Below are positions 27,901 through 38,866 of a stretch of DNA of 64,000 bases, one piece after another. This DNA is from Antedon mediterranea (lineage: Eukaryota; Animalia; Echinodermata). The stretch's first letter is position 1. Each line of letters opens with the position of its first letter. The stretch spans positions 13,826,001 through 13,890,000 of the forward strand of contig NC_092672.1 of the NCBI RefSeq assembly GCF_964355755.1, written 5' to 3'. The notes beneath the pieces were generated by a model. It ran no database searches. It was not told where the DNA came from and saw nothing but the letters and a program-made list of their open reading frames with translations. Position numbers and translations under genes: made by a program.

Positions 27901-28111
27901 TTATTTTTTCTGTATAACGTTTTACTTATTTCATTTTTGTTTTCTTTCGGTGACAGCATAGGTTGCACCGCCAATTATAATCATATGTTCAATCGGAGTC
28001 AACACGTTGCTCCAGGTAGACTAATAAGTTATTTATATGTTTTCGGTGTCAACATGGTTGCACCGTTTATTAAACTCAATTCTCAAACGCGTACTGGAGT
28101 CAACACATGTT
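24939..28111 (+). mobile_element. DIRS/Ngaro copy 2, 5'-truncated left part (RT-RNase H-YR remnants)
   Basis: Highly similar to the reverse complement of 5719-7774. It is interrupted by a TTAA MITE and ends at the CATGTT TSD. Confidence 0.9.
26091..27225. mobile_element. Non-autonomous TTAA-specific DNA transposon (Kolobok-like)
   Basis: TIRs AATGGACCTGAAATGGA.TTTCGATTTT. TTAA TSD at 26087-26090 and 27226-27229. The empty site is present in DIRS copy 1 (~6624). Termini are RR..YY rather than the CC..GG of piggyBac. Confidence 0.85.
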
Positions 28112-28149
28112 AGTAGTAAATAAGGTACTTCAGACCCGACCTTGATGTA

Positions 28150-28450
28150 TTTCCTGATTACGTAATATCCGCCAGGTGTTTCTAATGAAGGTCGTTTCCG
28201 CCAGGTGTTTCTAATGAAGGTCGTTCTTTTCCTGATTACGTATAGTTATGTAATTTCCGCCAGGTGTTTCTAATGAAGGTCGTTTTTTTCCTGTTATTGT
28301 AATAGTTATGTAATTTCCGCCAGGTGTTTCTAATGAAGGTCGTTCTTTTCCTGGTTTCGTACTAGTTATGTAATTTCCGCCAGGTGTTTCTAATGAAGGT
28401 CGTTCTTTTCCTGGTTTCGTAATAATTATGTAATTTCCGCCAGGTGTTTC
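28150..28450. repeat. ~60-bp sub-terminal tandem repeats in the TIR (also at ~41592-41892 and ~62678-62978)
   Basis: Six occurrences of the core TCCGCCAGGTGTTTCT, five of them continuing AATGAAGGTCGTT. Confidence 0.92.
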
Positions 28451-28470
28451 TTTGTCTCTTATTTATTAAT

Positions 28471-28520
28471 TTTTGGCGCGATGTTCTGGTACGTGGTGAG
28501 TGACGTCATTACGTTATTTA
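28471..28520 (+). promoter_or_regulatory. Putative promoter of the TIR ORF with an E2F-like site and a CRE/ATF site
   Basis: TTTTGGCGCG (28471-28480) and TGACGTCA (28501-28508) lie ~115-150 bp upstream of the ATG at 28622. Confidence 0.45.
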
Positions 28521-28621
28521 TGATTTAAGACGGTGTAACAAAGTGAAGCGGTTATTGTTGTACTATTTTCCAGTTGTTTTTGCATATTTTTGCGTAGAGT
28601 ATCTCTTTTCAGTATTTCATT

Positions 28622-29176
28622 ATGTCTGGAAGTATATATTTTTCGCAAGGGAGTTGTGCAGATAATGTTATAATAATTAGCGATGATGAGGAGACTGTTG
28701 TTGTTCCAGGCAGTGATATAGATGATCGTTACACGGAGGCCGAAGAGGTTATCCCCGCCGGTATAGATGAAGGAGTCGAGAGGAGTAACAGGCCTACAAG
28801 TTGTATATTCACGTACGTGGACGAGGTGGAGAGAGAATTTATGTTGAAAATGGAGCGTTTGGTTAAACAATTGTTTGCTGCTCAAGTGTTAGCCAAGTGT
28901 TGGGTTTTAAGTAAAGCGGCTTGTTATGGTTGTGAATTTGACAGGAGCAGTCAAAAAGATCATGATTTTTGTTGTATGAAGTCTCTAGAGGAACAGATTG
29001 ACTATTTTTATCGGGAGGTTCTGGATAAGAAGTATGTTTCAGTCGATACCGTTTACAACGAACTAAATATGCACGGAGAATATTCATTGCCTCGGTATAG
29101 ACATTTCGTTTATTTTCTTGTCAATACCCTGATTAATTCAGAGGCTATTTTTAAGCTGTTGTGCGAGGATATTTAA
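28622..29176 (+). CDS. Intronless 184-aa protein with an acidic N-terminus, a SIM-like VIIISDDEE motif and a CxxC-x8-H-x2-C putative Zn motif
   Basis: Open ATG-to-stop ORF, identical in three copies; motif CYGCEFDRSSQKDHDFCC. Confidence 0.7.
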   Translation: MSGSIYFSQGSCADNVIIISDDEETVVVPGSDIDDRYTEAEEVIPAGIDEGVERSNRPTSCIFTYVDEVEREFMLKMERLVKQLFAAQVLAKCWVLSKAACYGCEFDRSSQKDHDFCCMKSLEEQIDYFYREVLDKKYVSVDTVYNELNMHGEYSLPRYRHFVYFLVNTLINSEAIFKLLCEDI

Positions 29177-29335
29177 ATTGTGTTTCGCACGTGTCACGGA
29201 AACGATTGACCGGAAATAACAATCATTATCTTTTTAATTACTGTACTGGGCTACTTCTCTACTGAGCTGCATATATATCCTGATTCAAGCGTAATCGTTC
29301 GTTTCACTCTCTGTAACTCTCTACAGTCTATAAAC

Positions 29336-31175
29336 ATGAGTTTCAACTGTTTACCTACTCCGAAATTAGCAATTGGTGAGAAAGCCCGTAGGACTATGAA
29401 AAGAGTTATGGGGAGTTCTAATGGTCAAGCTGACGAGTGTAGCAGTTTAAAATTACCAACGATGGCTTCTACATCAGCGAATATAATGGATTCTATAAAA
29501 TCTTTTAACGGTCAAACAGATGAGTGTAAAGGTTTGAGTAAAGCCTCAGGAATGAGCGCCCGAGATTTTGCCGTAATGACCGATGGTGTACCAAAGATTT
29601 CCATAACTTCAAAGAATCGGATTTTCTTGTCTGAAAAACGCCATGTAGTGGCCCAGCGATGGGGTGACGATGTTTATGTTTGTCTCAGAGAGTATTACTA
29701 AACGGAAGAATATGGTGCCTTCAAACCTGGACCTCTAGGTATTAATTTACCCGTTCTGCTGTGGCAAAAACTTTTCAACAATATTGATTTAATTATTCAG
29801 TCACTGGAAGACTTACAAAGAGACATTAACATGGTGGAGGCAGTAAGAATCCCCCTTTCGGACATAATTCATGTGGTAGTAACTGGAAAGAAGAACAATT
29901 TGTGTGTATTCGTCGCTATTACCAGTCTGAAGAAGGAGGAAAGTTTAAACCCGGTAAAAAAGGTGTAAACCTTCCAAAGAGTCAGTGGTTCAAGTTAATT
30001 GAAAAACACGGTGAAATACAAAAGATGATTGAGGAGGTTGGTAATGATAATGCAGCTACTGTTGAAGGAGGTGTTGACAAAAACGTTAATGGAGGACGTT
30101 TATTCAATTCAGAACATCATTTGCTACCTCCTGATAAGTTATCGGTGCAAAAGATAATAGGGGAAAATTTAGACTGTGATTACCTTCAACTTCTTGATAA
30201 AGGAGCAGCCGATACATTGTTTAAAAAATGTGAGGAAGAGATTGACTATTTTACCGGTGATTTTGCAAAGGTGAAAGTGTATGGAAAGTGGTTTAATATT
30301 CCTAGAAAACAGGTTAGTTCCATTATGTTTTTATCCGTGGTTTTGTATTAATGACTTGTTAATTACTTGTATATCGTTTCCTTTGTTTTTCTTTATTTAC
30401 CGCTGTGTAGCTATAGGTGTAATTTACTCTTTTACTGTAAATTATTTTATTTAGGCGTGTTCATTTACATCTCGCCAAATAATAAATGACTTTCTTTGTA
30501 TGGTTTCCTCTCTGCAGGTTTCGTTTGGCAATTCAGGCTTAACTTACAAATATTCAGGCAATACAGTACCAGCTTTACCGTGGCCACCATTCCTGAAAGA
30601 TCTCCGCGACCTTTTAAAATCGGTTACAGGACATTACTTCAATTTTGTTTTGGTCAACCGGTAAATATTCTTGTTTATTATTTTATTTATTTATTTATTT
30701 ATTTATTTTTATTGATTAAAAGGGTCTATAGTTTACCTCTAAAACGATTGAACATTATCAGTATTCATACTGGATGATTTCTGCAATTTGTTAGATAAGA
30801 TTGTTTTAATGGATAATTGGGGTTTTTTTTAGTCTCATCTTAAAATATCTTATTTTCTATTGTATTTTGTCGTTACTCTATAGATATGCTACTGGAAGTG
30901 ATTACATTGGCGAACACAAAGATGATGAGAAAGACATGGATCACTTTAGTTCAATCGCCTCTGTATCATTGGGGCAAACACGTATGTTTAGATTTCGACA
31001 TGGTGATGCGCGAGGTAAGAGTCCCAAAAGAATCATTGAGCCAGTAACTGTTGATCTTAAACACGGTACATTATTAATGATGAATTATCCCACTAATGAG
31101 TACTGGTACCATTCACTGCCTAAAAATCAATCCATCAAGCTACCAAGAATAAATCTCACGTTTAGAGATATTTAA
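29336..31175 (+). pseudogene. PC4-PC4-ALKBH2-like fusion gene with 3 exons (29336-30312, 30518-30660, 30884-31175), an in-frame TAA at 29699 and a 4-bp frameshift at ~29880
   Basis: Two PC4/Sub1 domains: VCLREYY*TEEYGAFKPGPLGINLPVLLWQKL and VCIRRYYQSEEGGKFKPGKKGVNLPKSQWFKL. ALKBH2-like domain: ENLDCDY..KVKVYGKWFNIPRKQ|VSFGNSGLTYKYSG..FNFVLVNR|YATGSDYIGEHKDDE..WYHSLP..RINLTFR, with HxD..H and Rx5R intact. Confidence 0.88.
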
Positions 31176-34100
31176 AGATGAGAGAAATGTTACGCAAACA
31201 TTACAGTCTTTAATAGTGATTGCAGATCTCAAGAATATCAACTGTTCATGATCTGTTCTCATTTAGTATAGTAGTACCAGTTGAATTATTTTTGTGATGA
31301 TATTCCTACAAATGGTTGTATTATTGTATTGAAGTTAATTCACTTAGATTTTGGCCTAATTCCATTGATCGTTAATAATCATGTGATTGTTTGTCATTGT
31401 GTGGATAATGATTAACTTTACGAATAATTTCTTAAAAGTAACTTGTAATGTATTTCTAATTGTTAAATACAATTTTTTATGTTTTTAATAAGTGTGTAAG
31501 TTTTTCTTTAAAGCATTTTAATCGTAATTTCAAGAGTAATATGTACTTGTAACGTTTGAACCGGACTGGTAGATTAAACAAAAAAAAAACAAAAACAACA
31601 AAAACAAAACACGTTATAATAACACTAATAACAGCACATATTTTCGTACATGTATCAATGATTTATCTACATATGTGTGATTAATATTATTACAATAAAG
31701 ACCATGTACATCTACGATATTTTTACTGTAAGTGGTATTGTAAATAAAAATTATGAATTCAATCGTGAGAAATGACCGATATCTGTGTATTATTTTATAT
31801 TACTTTTATCATAATTGCAAAAAAAAAAAAAAATTCAGAGAAATCATAATTATCGAATACAGAAAGACGTTTTGGTTACCAATTGTATTTCTTGACACTT
31901 AATACATTTTAACAGAAAACAAGACCTTCAACCGGAGCCAAAAGTGGAAATTTGTTTACGTGCAGGTTATTGCCATTAGATATTCTTAGAACTACTTTGG
32001 TTTTTATAAATATTGTCACTTTTTTTCTACACGTTTATCTACCGAGATTTTGTTTTCCTTTTTATGAATCTTCCGTTGTTCATAAGCATTATTAATTTTT
32101 ACAGGCCTTGTTCTTCGCTTTGCAGGCTAAATCTTATAACGGCATAGGCCTACATTTTAACGGTTCTTTGTAAATATCCTCTTATTGATTGTTACCTTTA
32201 GTTCTCTGAATGTTTTAATTTACCGTAGATGATGAAAAAATCCATTAATCTAGCACCATTTAATAAAAAAAAAAGGTTCCGCAGTAAATGGTTTATTTTT
32301 TATGGTATTGATGGAATCATCGAGGCACAATATTAGGCTGAAAAACATGACGTCACTATTTTAAACGGTTTATCATACAAGAACAATTAACCAATCACAA
32401 AACTGAGCTACTGATTTGCGTAGAAGTTTCTGGAAATGACAAATTAAGGAAACACGTACACTTTAATAAATATATATTAATTTTTATATAAATAATAGAC
32501 AAAACAAAAGGAAATACACCAAACAAATCATTTTCGTTATGAATTTATAATAACTTTAAATTTTGTCCATCACAGGAGACGCGTTTTCCAATTGTAAAAC
32601 AGTTTCGCATTGCGTCGCAACACATGCACATACTGCAAGTACCGTACCGTACTGTAACAAGTCTACTGATATGTATTTTGTTGGTCACTCATCATTTTAG
32701 CCAACACATTATTTAACTCATCAGGTGTAATATCTTTTCACAAATCCTTTATATCTTTACTTTTTCTTGACAACTCATAACAAACAAGAATAGTACTCTG
32801 AATGAGTGTGGGAGAGGTGTGTGGGAGTCCCATTCAACTAAACCTTGCCAATTTGTACTCGACCTACGATAAAACCATTTTTTAAAAGTCAACATAGCGA
32901 CGCGAGAAAAAATTGATAATAGGGATAAAAAGTTTTTCTTGCATTGTTATACAGTAATCTATGTTTTTCGGTGTTTACACCATCTCATTGTTTATAATTA
33001 CGTTTGTTAATATCGATAGTGTTTCTCTAGCAGAGTTATATTACTTGTTTATACTCGTATAGTTTGCAGTCCTCCATGTTGTTCGTATATTTTGTAAAAA
33101 GTGTACTTATGATTACTTTTAAAAACCAACTCATTTTATTTGCATTTTATCTACACCTCATGGTTAAAATGTGTTGTTTTTCATAGAGTGTGATGCTGCT
33201 TAAAACGTTATACTAGTATAACCACCAAAACGGTTTATTATCTGTAGGAAATCATCAATTGTAACATGCGGTAAACAATACAAATTAGTTTCACAAATTA
33301 TTAAAAAATAGCACAATTGTTACAAATGAATTTAAGAAAATAAAGGTGTACAGATTTTATTTCGAAAAAGTGTAGACCTAGACCTACAAAGATAATTTTA
33401 CATAAAGTGTACAGAATAAATTAACAAAAAAAGGTCACACATACATTAAACTAATTCTTATAAAAGTGTACAGTGTACTTTGGTTATCAGGTATATCAAC
33501 TTTAGTATTTTAAGTATAGGGCCTATTTGTGGCAAACACACGGTTCCTTTTAATTGTGGGTAGAGGCCTTTTGCCGTTCGTAATTCAAACTGTTCGTAAA
33601 ATTGAAGTTAATATTCTGAGATTAGGCCTATAGCCTATGATTGCAGCTTATACTAGTCAACGGTCTAAAAGAGCTGTATTGCAGGATGCTAAACATAAAA
33701 GTTCATTAATAAACAGTATATTATAACGATAAAGAAACGAATGTACGATACACCAATATAGCAATACAATAACTGATTAACTGAAAACTTGAAGTCTACT
33801 GTATTCCTACAATCATTCAAGTAGACATTGTTTGCTGAGTGTATGGTACTTTCTCCAAAGAGAATTCGAACGATGGGCTTTCGGACGTGTTTCTACGGTT
33901 ATCAGAACGGGTCGATAATGAAAAAAAAAACAAAAAAAAACAAACAAACTGCCTACTAACTCCCAAAAAATCAATACCTATAAATAAGCTGAACCTACCC
34001 CACTAAATAATCTCTTCCATACATCAAAATCGACCGAAAATGATCTGGACATTGAAAAGTGGACACGGTCGTCTGTTCTTCTTTTCTGTTTCCACGGCTT

Positions 34101-34540
34101 GGGACGACATCCCTGCTAGTGATGTACGGTAGCCATGCGGTCTACACACTTATGATGACCACATCGCATAACATGTTCAGGGAACTTATTTTTCAACTCT
34201 CTGATACAATGTTTAAATACAAGTAGACTGGAAACCATTTAGGAACAGGGGTTTCTAATAATAGAAGTTGTTTAAAACTTTAGTTATTGTCAAGGGGAAT
34301 TGTTCAAGACTTGGAGTAAAAATAGTCAAGACCGGGGGAAAATGGTCAAGACCGGAAGAAAATTAAATTTCACCATTTTATAAGTTTATAGTCATTTATT
34401 GTGTTAAAATTCATTTATTATTAGACCTGTATACGTATTCAATAACAAAAAATAACTTTGTTACATTAATAACATATCTTTAGTGGTTAAGGTAATATAT
34501 TATTTCTCTGTATACTGACGTCACAAATATAGATAAAGAG

Positions 34541-34836
34541 AGACTGTAACTAAATGTTTATTACTTATTAGGGTTACAGGGAGAGTTCCATACAGCATTA
34601 AAAGGTCAATTAATGAGCCACCCAACTTAATTAAGTACCGGTACTTAACAAATGTGCTCAAACTCAATAAGGGTTACAAATCTACAAGAGACTGTAACTA
34701 AATGTTTATTACTTATTAGGGTTACAGGGAGAGTTCCATGCAACATTAAAAGGTCAATTAATGAGCCACCCAACTTAATTAAGTACCGGTACTTAACAAA
34801 TGTGCTCAAACTCAATAAGGGTTACAAATCTACAAA
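34541..34836. repeat. Two 148-bp direct repeats next to the palindrome centre (mirror ~35205-35500)
   Basis: Units start at 34541 and 34689. Each contains the 18-bp palindrome TTAAGTACCGGTACTTAA (34631-34648 and 34779-34796). Confidence 0.92.
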
Positions 34837-34988
34837 AGAGGACATTTTATTTTTAAACCAGGGTTAAACATTAAAAGGTCAATTACTTGAACTCTGAACA
34901 TGGGAAAAATACTTGTGTCAATTGACACTTGAACTTGACATCTATACAAGGACGAATAGACTGTGACAATTAACCATGACCTCTGGTC

Positions 34989-35052
34989 AGCCGTTTTATT
35001 AGGGGGCTCTCAAATTTCGACGAAGTCGAAAACTGAAACCCCCATGCTTTTG
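34989..35052. other. Imperfect hairpin spacer at the palindrome axis
   Basis: TTTCGAC-GAA-GTCGAAA (35015-35031), with further possible TCA/TGA and GGGGG/CCCCC pairings separated by mismatched bulges. Confidence 0.9.
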
Positions 35053-38000
35053 GACCAGAAGTCATGGTTAATTGTCACAGTCTATTCGTCCTTGTATAGA
35101 TGTCAAGTTCAAGTGTCAATTGACACAAGTATTTTTCCCATGTTCAGAGTTCAAGTAATTGACCTTTTAATGTTTAACCCTGGTTTAAAAATAAAATGTC
35201 CTCTTTTGTAGATTTGTAACCCTTATTGAGTTTGAGCACATTTGTTAAGTACCGGTACTTAATTAAGTTGGGTGGCTCATTAATTGACCTTTTAATGTTG
35301 CATGGAACTCTCCCTGTAACCCTAATAAGTAATAAACATTTAGTTACAGTCTCTTGTAGATTTGTAACCCTTATTGAGTTTGAGCACATTTGTTAAGTAC
35401 CGGTACTTAATTAAGTTGGGTGGCTCATTAATTGACCTTTTAATGCTGTATGGAACTCTCCCTGTAACCCTAATAAGTAATAAACATTTAGTTACAGTCT
35501 CTCTTTATCTATATTTGTGACGTCAGTATACAGAGAAATAATATATTACCTTAACCACTAAAGATATGTTATTAATGTAACAAAGTTATTTTTTGTTATT
35601 GAATACGTATACAGGTCTAATAATAAATGAATTTTAACACAATAAATGACTATAAACTTATAAAATGGTGAAATTTAATTTTCTTCCGGTCTTGACCATT
35701 TTCCCCCGGTCTTGACTATTTTTACTCCAAGTCTTGAACAATTCCCCTTGACAATAACTAAAGTTTTAAACAACTTCTATTATTAGAAACCCCTGTTCCT
35801 AAATGGTTTCCAGTCTACTTGTATTTAAACATTGTATCAGAGAGTTGAAAAATAAGTTCCCTGAACATGTTATGCGATGTGGTCATCATAAGTGTGTAGA
35901 CCGCATGGCTACCGTACATCACTAGCAGGGATGTCGTCCCAAGCCGTGGAAACAGAAAAGAAGAACAGACGACCGTGTCCACTTTTCAATGTCCAGATCA
36001 TTTTCGGTCGATTTTGATGTATGGAAGAGATTATTTAGTGGGGTAGGTTCAGCTTATTTATAGGTATTGATTTTTTGGGAGTTAGTAGGCAGTTTGTTTG
36101 TTTTTTTTTGTTTTTTTTTTCATTATCGACCCGTTCTGATAACCGTAGAAACACGTCCGAAAGCCCATCGTTCGAATTCTCTTTGGAGAAAGTACCATAC
36201 ACTCAGCAAACAATGTCTACTTGAATGATTGTAGGAATACAGTAGACTTCAAGTTTTCAGTTAATCAGTTATTGTATTGCTATATTGGTGTATCGTACAT
36301 TCGTTTCTTTATCGTTATAATATACTGTTTATTAATGAACTTTTATGTTTAGCATCCTGCAATACAGCTCTTTTAGACCGTTGACTAGTATAAGCTGCAA
36401 TCATAGGCTATAGGCCTAATCTCAGAATATTAACTTCAATTTTACGAACAGTTTGAATTACGAACGGCAAAAGGCCTCTACCCACAATTAAAAGGAACCG
36501 TGTGTTTGCCACAAATAGGCCCTATACTTAAAATACTAAAGTTGATATACCTGATAACCAAAGTACACTGTACACTTTTATAAGAATTAGTTTAATGTAT
36601 GTGTGACCTTTTTTTGTTAATTTATTCTGTACACTTTATGTAAAATTATCTTTGTAGGTCTAGGTCTACACTTTTTCGAAATAAAATCTGTACACCTTTA
36701 TTTTCTTAAATTCATTTGTAACAATTGTGCTATTTTTTAATAATTTGTGAAACTAATTTGTATTGTTTACCGCATGTTACAATTGATGATTTCCTACAGA
36801 TAATAAACCGTTTTGGTGGTTATACTAGTATAACGTTTTAAGCAGCATCACACTCTATGAAAAACAACACATTTTAACCATGAGGTGTAGATAAAATGCA
36901 AATAAAATGAGTTGGTTTTTAAAAGTAATCATAAGTACACTTTTTACAAAATATACGAACAACATGGAGGACTGCAAACTATACGAGTATAAACAAGTAA
37001 TATAACTCTGCTAGAGAAACACTATCGATATTAACAAACGTAATTATAAACAATGAGATGGTGTAAACACCGAAAAACATAGATTACTGTATAACAATGC
37101 AAGAAAAACTTTTTATCCCTATTATCAATTTTTTCTCGCGTCGCTATGTTGACTTTTAAAAAATGGTTTTATCGTAGGTCGAGTACAAATTGGCAAGGTT
37201 TAGTTGAATGGGACTCCCACACACCTCTCCCACACTCATTCAGAGTACTATTCTTGTTTGTTATGAGTTGTCAAGAAAAAGTAAAGATATAAAGGATTTG
37301 TGAAAAGATATTACACCTGATGAGTTAAATAATGTGTTGGCTAAAATGATGAGTGACCAACAAAATACATATCAGTAGACTTGTTACAGTACGGTACGGT
37401 ACTTGCAGTATGTGCATGTGTTGCGACGCAATGCGAAACTGTTTTACAATTGGAAAACGCGTCTCCTGTGATGGACAAAATTTAAAGTTATTATAAATTC
37501 ATAACGAAAATGATTTGTTTGGTGTATTTCCTTTTGTTTTGTCTATTATTTATATAAAAATTAATATATATTTATTAATGTGTACGTGTTTCCTTAATTT
37601 GTCATTTCCAGAAACTTCTACGCAAATCAGTAGCTCAGTTTTGTGATTGGTTAATTGTTCTTGTATGATAAACCGTTTAAAATAGTGACGTCATGTTTTT
37701 CAGCCTAATATTGTGCCTCGATGATTCCATCAATACCATAAAAAATAAACCATTTACTGCGGAACCTTTTTTTTTTATTAAATGGTGCTAGATTAATGGA
37801 TTTTTTCATCATCTACGGTAAATTAAAACATTCAGAGAACTAAAGGTAACAATCAATAAGAGGATATTTACAAAGAACCGTTAAAATGTAGGCCTATGCC
37901 GTTATAAGATTTAGCCTGCAAAGCGAAGAACAAGGCCTGTAAAAATTAATAATGCTTATGAACAACGGAAGATTCATAAAAAGGAAAACAAAATCTCGGT

Positions 38001-38866
38001 AGATAAACGTGTAGAAAAAAAGTGACAATATTTATAAAAACCAAAGTAGTTCTAAGAATATCTAATGGCAATAACCTGCACGTAAACAAATTTCCACTTT
38101 TGGCTCCGGTTGAAGGTCTTGTTTTCTGTTAAAATGTATTAAGTGTCAAGAAATACAATTGGTAACCAAAACGTCTTTCTGTATTCGATAATTATGATTT
38201 CTCTGAATTTTTTTTTTTTTTTTGCAATTATGATAAAAGTAATATAAAATAATACACAGATATCGGTCATTTCTCACGATTGAATTCATAATTTTTATTT
38301 ACAATACCACTTACAGTAAAAATATCGTAGATGTACATGGTCTTTATTGTAATAATATTAATCACACATATGTAGATAAATCATTGATACATGTACGAAA
38401 ATATGTGCTATTATTAGTGTTATTATAACGTGTTTTGTTTTTGTTGTTTTTGTTTTTTTTTTGTTTAATCTACCAGTCCGGTTCAAACGTTACAAGTACA
38501 TATTACTCTTGAAATTACGATTAAAATGCTTTAAAGAAAAACTTACACACTTATTAAAAACATAAAAAATTGTATTTAACAATTAGAAATACATTACAAG
38601 TTACTTTTAAGAAATTATTCGTAAAGTTAATCATTATCCACACAATGACAAACAATCACATGATTATTAACGATCAATGGAATTAGGCCAAAATCTAAGT
38701 GAATTAACTTCAATACAATTATACAACCATTTGTAGGAATATCATCACAAAAATAATTCAACTGGTACTACTATACTAAATGAGAACAGATCATGAACAG
38801 TTGATATTCTTGAGATCTGCAATCACTATTAAAGACTGTAATGTTTGCGTAACATTTCTCTCATCT

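Noticed and set aside
28150-28450. Regularly spaced ~30-bp conserved cores resembling CRISPR repeats
   Set aside because: The 'spacers' are near-identical to each other; this is a 60-bp tandem repeat inside a TIR.
30496-30777. 93-aa ORF inside the AlkB gene
   Set aside because: It is an off-frame reading of exon 2 plus intron; the ALKBH2-like frame is 30518-30660.
34652-35389. ORFs of 71-82 aa at the palindrome centre
   Set aside because: They derive from tandem repeats and the inverted symmetry, and show no recognisable domain.
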